In this document: in pieces, positions 20,190 through 28,104 of the stretch | Layout: every line of letters starts with the position of its first letter | Position numbering within the stretch: position 1 is the stretch's first letter | NCBI GenBank assembly: GCA_031422555.1 | Contig: JANPLZ010000056.1 | Span: 1,026-65,025 of the forward strand | Direction: 5' to 3' | Origin: Cypionkella sp. | Lineage (GTDB): Bacteria; Pseudomonadota; Alphaproteobacteria; Rhodobacterales; Rhodobacteraceae | Length of the DNA: 64,000 bases | Made by a program: the position numbers and the translations under genes | The notes under the pieces: generated by a model | Databases searched by the model: none | What the model was told of the DNA's origin: nothing | What the model saw: only the letters and a program-made list of their open reading frames with translations

Positions 20190-20984
20190 ATGGACGCTTT
20201 GCCAAATCAGGCCGAAACCGCCCTTGCCACCGCTGTGCAAAGCCTTGGACAGCCGGAATTTGAACACAGCCTTTGGCAGCTTTTGTGCCGGGTAACCGCA
20301 CTTGATAATCTTGCAATCCTTGCTTACCGTGCGACCGGGTTGCCACAGATCCTGTATCTGAAATCCGGCGAGAAAATGGTTTTTGCGCAACTGGACTCAA
20401 CCTATCTGGCGGGGGCCTATTTGCTGGATCCGTTTTATGATCTGCACCTGACGCGGGCAGCACCCGGGGCATACCGGCTGCGCGACGTCGCCCCGGATGC
20501 CTTTGTCCGCAGCAGGTATTTCATTGAATATTATGAACAAACCACGTTGATTGATGAGATCACCTTTTTGACATACCCCGCCGCCGGGGTGTCACTGAAC
20601 ATTTGCATCGGGCGCGACAGCACGTCGGGCCAAGTATTTGCACCGCGCGAAGTAGAGACTTGCCACCGGATCGCGCCGATTGTCTGTGCGCTTGCCAATG
20701 CCCACTGGGCGGGCTTGATCAGCACACCTGACGCTGCCGATGATCTGGCGCAAATGCTGACACGGGCGTTGAAATCGGCGCATGGCACAGTGCTTTCGCC
20801 GCGTCAGGCTGAGGTGGCCTTGCTGATCTTGCGCGGCCATTCGACGGTGTCTATTGCGCTGCGATTGGGGGTGGCGGCCCAAACGGTAAAAGTGTTTCGC
20901 AAACAGCTTTACAGCCGCTGTGCGATTTCCTCGCAGGCCGAATTGTTCGCGCTGATGCTGCCCTTGCTGAAAGGCGCGGTTTGA
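20190..20984 (+). CDS. LuxR/GerE-family transcriptional regulator with an uncharacterised N-terminal sensor domain
   Basis: ATG at 20190. C-terminal HTH 'LSPRQAEVALLILRGHSTVSIALRLGVAAQTVKVFRKQLYSR'. It is divergent from the PotABCD-like operon. The ORF track's 483-aa version is extended through antisense potA sequence. Confidence 0.75.
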   Translation: MDALPNQAETALATAVQSLGQPEFEHSLWQLLCRVTALDNLAILAYRATGLPQILYLKSGEKMVFAQLDSTYLAGAYLLDPFYDLHLTRAAPGAYRLRDVAPDAFVRSRYFIEYYEQTTLIDEITFLTYPAAGVSLNICIGRDSTSGQVFAPREVETCHRIAPIVCALANAHWAGLISTPDAADDLAQMLTRALKSAHGTVLSPRQAEVALLILRGHSTVSIALRLGVAAQTVKVFRKQLYSRCAISSQAELFALMLPLLKGAV

Positions 20985-21005
20985 CGCCCGGTTTGATGCG
21001 GGGCC

Positions 21006-21677
21006 TTACAAATCGCCCGGCACGCCATAAGACGGGGCTGCCGTGGGATCGGTTGCGCGTTGCACATAGGCGGCCATTTGCGGGCGGTAGCGCCGCCACA
21101 GGCTGTCCAGATCCGCGATCGGGGTGTCCGACCAATCGACGCGCAAATCGACCAGCGGCCAATCCATTTTGTCAACGATCTGCAAGCCCGCCGATTGCAC
21201 CGGACCTGCCTCTCCGCCCGCCGCAAACCCGGCAGACAAGGCGGCCATCAGCCTTGTGCCAAAATCGCCCGCAGCGTCGGTGAAGGTCGCGATCATGGCG
21301 GCGGGCACGGCGGTATTGGCCAACAGATTGCCCGCGGCGGCACAACTGTCCCCGCCTGCCTGCGCCCAGACCCCAAGGCACTGCGCACCCGAATGCACTG
21401 CCGTCTGACCCGCCGCGTCGATCACCATAAGCTGGCGGTAGGCGATATGGGGCGCAGACTTTGTTATGAAATCCAACGCCTGCGCTGCCGAATGCCCTTG
21501 CACCATCCGCGCAAGCAGCACCGCGCCCAAACCGGGATCGGTGATATTCTGGCTGGCCACAGCCCCTATGCCCGCCCGCAGATGCACACAGCGCGCCGCA
21601 ACGGCAGGCGAGGACGAGGCGATGACCATGCCAAACTGGCCCGTGGCGGGGCTGCGGGCGATCAGCGAAAACGTCAT
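21006..21677 (-). CDS. DUF1028 family protein (Ntn-hydrolase-like fold)
   Basis: From the ATG at 21677: 'MTFSLIARSPATGQFGMVIASSSPAVAARC...GAVASQNITDP'. M-T-F-S with Thr2 as the presumptive N-terminal nucleophile is the DUF1028 hallmark as I recall it. Confidence 0.7.
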   Translation of the reverse strand: MTFSLIARSPATGQFGMVIASSSPAVAARCVHLRAGIGAVASQNITDPGLGAVLLARMVQGHSAAQALDFITKSAPHIAYRQLMVIDAAGQTAVHSGAQCLGVWAQAGGDSCAAAGNLLANTAVPAAMIATFTDAAGDFGTRLMAALSAGFAAGGEAGPVQSAGLQIVDKMDWPLVDLRVDWSDTPIADLDSLWRRYRPQMAAYVQRATDPTAAPSYGVPGDL

Positions 21678-21756
21678 GCAATGTCTCCTGCCGCAAAAGC
21701 CGGGGCTGTCTGCCCCGGACCCCGAGAGTATTTTGGCCAAAATGAAAACACCCGGG

Positions 21757-22170
21757 TCAATCCGGGATCACCGCAGTTGCGTCAATTTCCACCAGCCAAT
21801 CCGGCCGCGCCAGCGCCACCACGGTCAGCCCGGTGCAGACCGGATGCACGCCGCGGATATATTCGCCCATCGCGCGATACACCGCCTCTCGGTGGCGCAC
21901 ATCGGTGATGTAGACTACCAGCTTGGTCACATGCTCCATCTGGCCGCCGCATTCCTGCACCAACTGCCGAATGTTCTGCATCACCTTGTGAGTTTGCTCG
22001 ACCGGATCATGGCTGTTGATGTTTTCCGCCGTTTCAATGCTTTGCGGGCATTGTCCGCGCAAAAAGATCATGGTGCCGCGCGCCACCACGGCTTGGGCCA
22101 GATCATTGTCAAGGTTTTGTTCAGGATAGGTGTCGCGGGTGTTGAATTTGCGGTGGCGGGTATGGGCCAT
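21757..22170 (-). CDS. RidA/YjgF/RutC family (enamine/imine deaminase-like) protein
   Basis: 137 aa from the ATG at 22170 (AAGGAAT RBS). 'HVTKLVVYITDVRHREAV' and C-terminal 'LVEIDATAV' are typical YjgF-family segments. Confidence 0.8.
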   Translation of the reverse strand: MAHTRHRKFNTRDTYPEQNLDNDLAQAVVARGTMIFLRGQCPQSIETAENINSHDPVEQTHKVMQNIRQLVQECGGQMEHVTKLVVYITDVRHREAVYRAMGEYIRGVHPVCTGLTVVALARPDWLVEIDATAVIPD

Positions 22171-22213
22171 GGGATTCCTTCCGGCGGCTGTCAGGTCAGG
22201 GATTGCAGCGGCG

Positions 22214-23455
22214 TCACGGCGCATAGGCCAGATAGGCGCGCAGCTTGGCTACGTGGTCAACCACATGCTTGGCGTCGTGCCAGACCCCCCAGATGAACGC
22301 CGAGCCGCGCCGGGCTTGCCATGGCAGACCCAGAAAATACACCCCCGGTTCAAATCCCACGCCGCGCTGATGCAGCGGGCGGCCAGCGTCATCAAAGCAG
22401 GGCACCTGCAACCAGCCGAAATCGCGGGCATAGCCCGTGGCCCAGATGATCGACGTGATCCCCGCGCCCGTAAGGTTCAGCGTCAATATGGGGCGGCTGA
22501 CGCAAGGCGGATCAGCCGGAATGTGGTGCGCGGCAGGTTCCGGTGGGAAATCAAGGCCGTTGCGCAAGATATAGGCATCGGCTTCGGCCAGCACGGCCAG
22601 ATAATCGGCGTCGCCTTGCGCCAGATTGGCGGCCAGATCATCGGCAAAGGTCAGCGCGCCGTTGGCATAGCCGCGTGCGCGGCCCACCAGCACCATGCCC
22701 GCGGCAGCAAGCTGGCGAAAATCGACCGTGGTGCCGCCTTGCGCGCCGCTGACAGCGATGGTGACATGCTTGGTCGATGGCGGCGCTTCAACGTCCCATT
22801 TGTTCAACACCCCCAGCCACCAGACAAAATCGCGGCCCCGGTAGCGGCGCGGCGGGCGGCCATGCGGGCCAACCGACAAGGTCACATGGCGCCCCGCCTG
22901 CAGCAACTCTGCCGCGATCTGCGCGCCGGACGACCCGGCCCCCACCACCAAAACCCCGCCTGCCGGCAATTGATCCGGGTTGCGGTAGGCCGCCGAGTGC
23001 AGTTGCACAACCGCGTCGCTCTCGGGCACCAGTGCGGGCATGACCGGGCGTTGAAACGGGCCGGTGGCCACGATCACATAGCGCGCCTCTATCACCCCGC
23101 CCGAAGTTTGTGCCACAAACCCGGCCCCGCCTGCGTGGCGGCTGATTTGGGTAACTTCTACCCCGCAGCGGATCGGGGCGGCAATTTTGGCTGCATAATC
23201 AACGAAATAGTCCGCCACCGCGTCTTTGCCCGGAAATGCTTCGGGATCACCCGTAAACGCCATCCCCGGAAAGCGGTCATGCCACGCCGGGCCGTTGGCC
23301 ACCAGATTGTCCCAGCGCCCCGACCGCCATGTTTCGGCAATGCGGGCGCGTTCCAGCACCAGATGCGGAATGCCGTTCTGGCTTAGATGTTCGCTGGCGG
23401 CGATGCCGGCCTGCCCTGCGCCCACCACCAGCGCCTCTGTGCGTTCAACGGTCAC
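22214..23455 (-). CDS. Flavin-containing monooxygenase-like NAD(P)/FAD-dependent oxidoreductase (class B / CzcO-like)
   Basis: 'ALVVGAGQAGIAASEHL' is the FAD fold. 'ETWRSGRWDNLVANGPAWHDRFPGMAF' is an FMO-like linker. The second fold is 'VLVVGAGSSGAQIAAEL'. GTG start at 23455. Confidence 0.75.
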   Translation of the reverse strand: MTVERTEALVVGAGQAGIAASEHLSQNGIPHLVLERARIAETWRSGRWDNLVANGPAWHDRFPGMAFTGDPEAFPGKDAVADYFVDYAAKIAAPIRCGVEVTQISRHAGGAGFVAQTSGGVIEARYVIVATGPFQRPVMPALVPESDAVVQLHSAAYRNPDQLPAGGVLVVGAGSSGAQIAAELLQAGRHVTLSVGPHGRPPRRYRGRDFVWWLGVLNKWDVEAPPSTKHVTIAVSGAQGGTTVDFRQLAAAGMVLVGRARGYANGALTFADDLAANLAQGDADYLAVLAEADAYILRNGLDFPPEPAAHHIPADPPCVSRPILTLNLTGAGITSIIWATGYARDFGWLQVPCFDDAGRPLHQRGVGFEPGVYFLGLPWQARRGSAFIWGVWHDAKHVVDHVAKLRAYLAYAP

Positions 23456-23488
23456 TTGGCGCCCCCCTGTTTGCCAAAGCCCCGCCCA

Positions 23489-24622
23489 TCAGGGCGCGAT
23501 CCGCCGTGCCAGATATTGCGCAAATTCGAAATTCGGCCGCTCCAGATGCGACAGCGGGCCGGGCGCTGACAGACCGGCGCAAATCCCGGCATAGACCTTT
23601 TCGACGCAGTCCTTGTCTTCGATATTCACATCATCCAACAGCGCCTTGATCGTGGTCAGATAGCCCGCCGCCGCCGGATCGGCGCACCAATCGGCCGACA
23701 TGCCACCGCCATACAACACATTGACATGATCCGGGCCATCCGGTGTCAGGCACAGATACCAGAAATACCCCGGCGTCAGCGTGATCAGCAGCGCAGGGTA
23801 AATCGACAACAGCCAGGTGATGCGGCGCTGATCGCCGGTCAACCGCGTGTTCGACGGGTGCGCCAGCGACAACGGGATGGTGTCGTTTTTCATGATGTAG
23901 TGATAGTTGAACGCCGGGCTGCCTTCGGGGCAGGTCATGCGCATCAGATCAACCGACCCGCCGATGGTGCCCGCATGGCACACCGGCAAATGATAGCTTT
24001 CCATGAAATTCTCGGCCAACACTTTCCAGTTGGTGTTCCAGCGGAACGTCTCGCGAAAGGTTTCAACATAGCTGGCCATATCCAGATAGCCGACCAGATT
24101 TTCCACATCTTTCAACGCCACATAGGGATCGGGGGCATCGGGGTTCAGCGACACCATGATCCAGCCCAGCCAATCGACGCAGGCAATGGTGGGCAGCGCA
24201 ATCTGGTCCTTGCAAAAATCGGTGTTGGCGGCCATCGCAGGCGCGCCGCGCAGACGGCCATCCAGATTATACGTCCACGCATGGTAGGGGCACACGATGC
24301 TGCGGGTGTTGCCGCGCCCGGTCAGCAAGGTTGACATCCGGTGGCGACACACGTTTGACATGGCGCGCAACTGGCCGCCCGCGTCGCGCAACACGATGAT
24401 CGGCTCACCGGCGATCTCCATCGTCAGGTAGTCGCCGGGACTGGGCAAGGCATCGGCCCGGCCCGCCGACAGCCAGTCTTGGGAAAAGACATGGCGTTGC
24501 TCGGCGGCCAGAAACTCGGTCGAGGTGTAGACCGATTTTGGCATCGCATGGGCTGATGTGAACGGCACCGACACATTGGCGTGCAATTCGGCCATGGGGG
24601 AAATCGGGCGATGGCTGGTCAT
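23489..24622 (-). CDS. Rieske [2Fe-2S] non-haem-iron oxygenase, catalytic (alpha) subunit
   Basis: Rieske motif 'CRHRMSTLLTGRGNTRSIVCPYH' (C-x-H-x16-C-x2-H) and mononuclear iron motif 'ENFMESYHLPVCH'. At about 377 aa it is the size class of the GbcA/Stc2/CntA-type N-demethylating oxygenases. Confidence 0.85.
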   Translation of the reverse strand: MTSHRPISPMAELHANVSVPFTSAHAMPKSVYTSTEFLAAEQRHVFSQDWLSAGRADALPSPGDYLTMEIAGEPIIVLRDAGGQLRAMSNVCRHRMSTLLTGRGNTRSIVCPYHAWTYNLDGRLRGAPAMAANTDFCKDQIALPTIACVDWLGWIMVSLNPDAPDPYVALKDVENLVGYLDMASYVETFRETFRWNTNWKVLAENFMESYHLPVCHAGTIGGSVDLMRMTCPEGSPAFNYHYIMKNDTIPLSLAHPSNTRLTGDQRRITWLLSIYPALLITLTPGYFWYLCLTPDGPDHVNVLYGGGMSADWCADPAAAGYLTTIKALLDDVNIEDKDCVEKVYAGICAGLSAPGPLSHLERPNFEFAQYLARRIAP

Positions 24623-24815
24623 GGCGGGGCTTTCGCTGATAGCGGGCGGTGGGGCAGGCGTGTTTGAAAGCTGCGCCGAATTTGTCGAATTGGAAACCCT
24701 TGATTTTCGGCAGCGCCGAAGTTGCGGTTTGGCCAGGGGTGCACGCGGTGCGGTCAGGCTCTGGACAATCGCCGCGCGGCGCGATCAATATCCTTTGCTG
24801 TTGCCAAAGGGGGAT

Positions 24816-25451
24816 ATGCACCTGCCAACAAGTCCAGAGGCAAGCCTTGCCCGCAAACAACCGCGCGACGTGCGGCGCGGTCAGTTGATCGAGGCGACAA
24901 TCCGGGTGATTGCGGCGCGTGGCTATGCCCGCACCACCTTGGCCGAAGTGGCGCGCAACGCCGGTCTGGCGCATGGCTTGGTCAATTTCCATTTCAAAAC
25001 CAAAGAGCTGTTGCTGTCCGAAACGCTGGGGTTTTTATGGGCTGAATATCGCCAGAATTGGGCGGCAGCCCTTGCAGGTGCGGGCAGTGAGCCGGCGGAT
25101 CAATTGCGCGCGCTGATCCATGCCGATTTTGACCCCGCCATCTGCACCCCCGACCGTCAGGGTGCCTGGGCCGCGTTTTGGGCCGAAGCGCAATGCAGAC
25201 CGCTTTACCAAGAGAAATGCGCGATGAATGATGCGCAATACATCGGCCATCTGGAAGACATCTGTGCCCGGCTGTTTGGCCACGCGGATCACCGGTCGGT
25301 CCGCGCAGCCCGGGTGATCCGCATCGCGCTGGAAGGCGTGTGGATGGATATGATCACGCAATCGACGCCTTATTCGCGCGATGAGGCACTGGCCACGGTG
25401 CTGGCGGCGGCGGCGGCGTTCTTTCCGGCGCAGTTTGACGATGTTGGCTAA
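24816..25451 (+). CDS. TetR/AcrR family transcriptional regulator (BetI-like)
   Basis: ATG at 24816 after AAGGGGGA. HTH 'TTLAEVARNAGLAHGLVNFHFKTKELLL'. Divergent from the Rieske operon. Confidence 0.8.
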   Translation: MHLPTSPEASLARKQPRDVRRGQLIEATIRVIAARGYARTTLAEVARNAGLAHGLVNFHFKTKELLLSETLGFLWAEYRQNWAAALAGAGSEPADQLRALIHADFDPAICTPDRQGAWAAFWAEAQCRPLYQEKCAMNDAQYIGHLEDICARLFGHADHRSVRAARVIRIALEGVWMDMITQSTPYSRDEALATVLAAAAAFFPAQFDDVG

Positions 25452-25548
25452 ACTTTAGTTAAAATTGCGTTTCATTTTGGCGCAAATACTCCACGGGGGG
25501 CGGCAATTGACGTGTCAATTGCCGCTTGGGGGGTGTGAAACCCCCCGC
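25451..25548 (+). repeat. Intergenic repeat family 1, copy B (most complete)
   Basis: AACTTTAGTTAAAATTGCGTTTCATTTTGGCGCAAATACTCCACGGGGGGCGGCAATTGAC-GT-GTCAATTGCCGCTTGGGGGGTGTGAAACCCCCCGC. It has a perfect 11-bp inverted repeat CGGCAATTGAC/GTCAATTGCCG and a second GGGGGG...CCCCCC hairpin. Confidence 0.6.
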
Positions 25549-25550
25549 TT

Positions 25551-26798
25551 TCAGGCCGGGGGCACAATCAAAATCGCGCGAAAATCGTTTACATTGGTCA
25601 AAGTCGGCCCGGTGATCACCTGATCGCCAAGCGCTGCAAAATAGCTGTGGGCGTCGTTGTCATTCAGCGCCTGTCCCGCATCCCGCGCCGACCGGGCCAG
25701 CGTGGTCGGCGTCACGATGGCCCCCGCCACTTCGGCCGCGCCATCAACGCCGTCGGTATCGCAGGCCAGCGCATGGATGCGCGGATGGCCCTGCAAGGCA
25801 ATCGCCAAGGCCAGACAAAATTCGGCATTCGGCCCGCCGATGCCCGCGCCTCGGCGCGTCACCGTCAATTCGCCCCCCGACAACAGCACAATCGGCTTGG
25901 CATCCCGCGCCATAGCGCTTGCGATTTCCACCGCCATCGCGGCTTGCAAAACCGCCACATCGCGCGCCTCACCTTCCAGCGCGTCGCCCAGCAGCCGCAC
26001 ATCGCAACCCTGCGACTGCGCCAAGGACTGTGCCGCCTGCAAAGATTGCGCCGGTGCTGCGATCACCCGGTTGGTGGTGGTGGTCAGGCGCGGATCGGTT
26101 GGCGCAATCGTCGTGGTGGTTTGCAAGGCCAGCACGGCAGTTTCAGGCAGTTTTATCCCCCAACGCGCGGCAATCGCCCGCGCCTCGGCGGCACAGCTGG
26201 CCTCGGCCACCGTGGGCCCCGAGCCGATAAACGCCGGGTCATCGCCGGGAACATCCGAGATCATCAACCCCAGAACGCGGGCCGGATAGGCCGCCGCCGC
26301 CAATTGTCCGCCTTTGACCAACGACAAATGTTTGCGCAAGATGTTCATCTGGCCGATGGGCGCGCCCGATGCCAGAAGGCTGGCGTTGATCGCCTGCTTT
26401 TGCGTCAGCGATATCCCCGGCCTTGGGGCGCATAACAGCGCGGACGCCCCGCCCGACATCAGCGCCAGCACAAAATCATCCGGCCCCAACGCTTGCACCA
26501 TATCCAGCATCCGCGCCGTGGCCGCCATGCCCGCAGCATCCGGCACCGGATGGGCAGCTTCAACGATTTCAATGCTGTGGCAGGGGCGCGCGTATCCATA
26601 GCGCGTGATCACAAGTCCCGTGCATGGACCCCAGACCGCTTCAACCGCTTCGGCCATACGGGCCGATGCCTTACCCGCCCCGATTACCAGCACCCGGCCC
26701 GCGGGCTTGGGCGGCAGATGCAGGGCGATGGCCCGCATCGGATCGGCCACATCGACGGCGCGGTCAAACAGCGCGCGCAGCAAGGCGTGTTCGTTCAT
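25551..26798 (-). CDS. Glycerate 2-kinase / hydroxypyruvate reductase-like protein (DUF4147 + MOFRL, TtuD family)
   Basis: 415 aa. 'RVLVIGAGKASARMAEAVE' and C-terminal 'GTDGVDGAAEVAGAIV...TGPTLTNVNDFRAIL' are characteristic of MOFRL glycerate kinases. Confidence 0.8.
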   Translation of the reverse strand: MNEHALLRALFDRAVDVADPMRAIALHLPPKPAGRVLVIGAGKASARMAEAVEAVWGPCTGLVITRYGYARPCHSIEIVEAAHPVPDAAGMAATARMLDMVQALGPDDFVLALMSGGASALLCAPRPGISLTQKQAINASLLASGAPIGQMNILRKHLSLVKGGQLAAAAYPARVLGLMISDVPGDDPAFIGSGPTVAEASCAAEARAIAARWGIKLPETAVLALQTTTTIAPTDPRLTTTTNRVIAAPAQSLQAAQSLAQSQGCDVRLLGDALEGEARDVAVLQAAMAVEIASAMARDAKPIVLLSGGELTVTRRGAGIGGPNAEFCLALAIALQGHPRIHALACDTDGVDGAAEVAGAIVTPTTLARSARDAGQALNDNDAHSYFAALGDQVITGPTLTNVNDFRAILIVPPA

Positions 26799-26887
26799 GT
26801 CAATCCTGTCCCTTGCCTATCCCTTGCGCCTGAAATGCAGGGCGGGTTTGCGCGAAAGCCAAGACCGCGCTGCCGCGACTGAACCTG

Positions 26888-27880
26888 CTAAATGTCCGCA
26901 ATCTGCACCCGCATCCCGGTCTGGGCCGCTTGGCGCACGGCCTGTGCGACCTGCAATGACGCAATGCCATCCGCCCCCGTCGCGGCGGGCAGGCCCTTGC
27001 CCCGCGTGGCATCGCCAAAGCGCCCCACACCATATTCATACAGATTATGCGGCGCATAGGCCACAGCCTCGCGCCCCAGTGCGGTGACCAGTTCCACCCG
27101 GCCGACAGGGTTTTGCGTCATCACACCTTGGGCAAAAATTGAACCTTCGCTGCCATGCACTTCCAGCCCCGATCCGGCATAGGGATGGGTGAAACTTTCA
27201 TGCGCCATCACCTGCACCCCCGATGGCAGCGTCGCGGTCCACATCACCGAATCCTCAACCCCAGTGCCCATGCCCGAGGATACGGCGGTTGCCACCACAT
27301 CCACCGGGGTTTGCCCCAGCAAAAACCGCAGCGTGTCGGCGTCATGCACGCAGATATCGGCAATCACCCCGCCGCCCGCGCCTGCATCATTGATCCGCCA
27401 GCCTTGCAGCGCTGGCGGCAGATGCACCGCATGAAACAGCCGCGCTGACAACACCCGGCCAATGCGGCCATGCGCGATCAGATCGCGGATGGCATGATGG
27501 CTGCCCGCACAGCGTAAATGATGGTTGGTGGCAAAGGTCAGCCCTGCCGCCGCCGCAGCCTGCACCATCTGCCGGGCTTGCGGCAGCGTCATCGCCAGCG
27601 GCTTTTCGCACAGCACATGCTTGCCCGCCGCAATCGCCGTCATGCTTTGCGCAAAGTGCTTGTCATTGGTGGACGAGATGTAAACCGCCGCCACGCTGTG
27701 ATCGGCCAACATCGCGCCCAGATCGGTGCCATGCCGGGGGATGCCATGGATTTGGGCATAGCGTGCGGAATGATCCGCCGTGCCACTGACCACCCAGCCA
27801 ATCGTGCCGCCCGTGGCGCGGATGGCCGCAATCATGTGTTGGGCCGCAATGGTGCTGGCCCCGATCAACCCCCAGATCAT
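26888..27880 (-). CDS. Gfo/Idh/MocA family oxidoreductase
   Basis: From the ATG at 27880 (GGGAG RBS): 'MIWGLIGASTIAAQHM', plus 'HVLCEKPLAMT' (EKP motif). Confidence 0.8.
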   Translation of the reverse strand: MIWGLIGASTIAAQHMIAAIRATGGTIGWVVSGTADHSARYAQIHGIPRHGTDLGAMLADHSVAAVYISSTNDKHFAQSMTAIAAGKHVLCEKPLAMTLPQARQMVQAAAAAGLTFATNHHLRCAGSHHAIRDLIAHGRIGRVLSARLFHAVHLPPALQGWRINDAGAGGGVIADICVHDADTLRFLLGQTPVDVVATAVSSGMGTGVEDSVMWTATLPSGVQVMAHESFTHPYAGSGLEVHGSEGSIFAQGVMTQNPVGRVELVTALGREAVAYAPHNLYEYGVGRFGDATRGKGLPAATGADGIASLQVAQAVRQAAQTGMRVQIADI

Positions 27881-27990
27881 CGTCTGACTCCCGTGTATGG
27901 AACCTGCATATGGAACGTTCCAGTCAGATAGACGGAACCCCTTGGCGCTGTCAATCGCCGGGCCATGAGTTTTCGGCCAAGGCCGTGGCC

Positions 27991-28051
27991 ATCTGGTCTT
28001 AGCTGACTGTTGTATCTGGTCATAAGCACAAAGCCTGCTATCTTGGATTAT
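27991..28051 (+). promoter_or_regulatory. Three direct repeats ATCTGGTC(T/A)TA(A)G / ATCTTGGATTAT: candidate MocR/TauR operator upstream of tpa
   Basis: ATCTGGTCTTAG (27991), ATCTGGTCATAAG (28014) and the degenerate ATCTTGGATTAT (28040). Start-to-start spacings are 23 and 26 nt. They lie 55-115 nt upstream of the aminotransferase ATG in a divergent intergenic region. Confidence 0.3.
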
Positions 28052-28104
28052 GCCGATAGGTGAAATCCGGCGCGCAGCGTCACGAAAACCAAAAGGGGTC
28101 AGCC

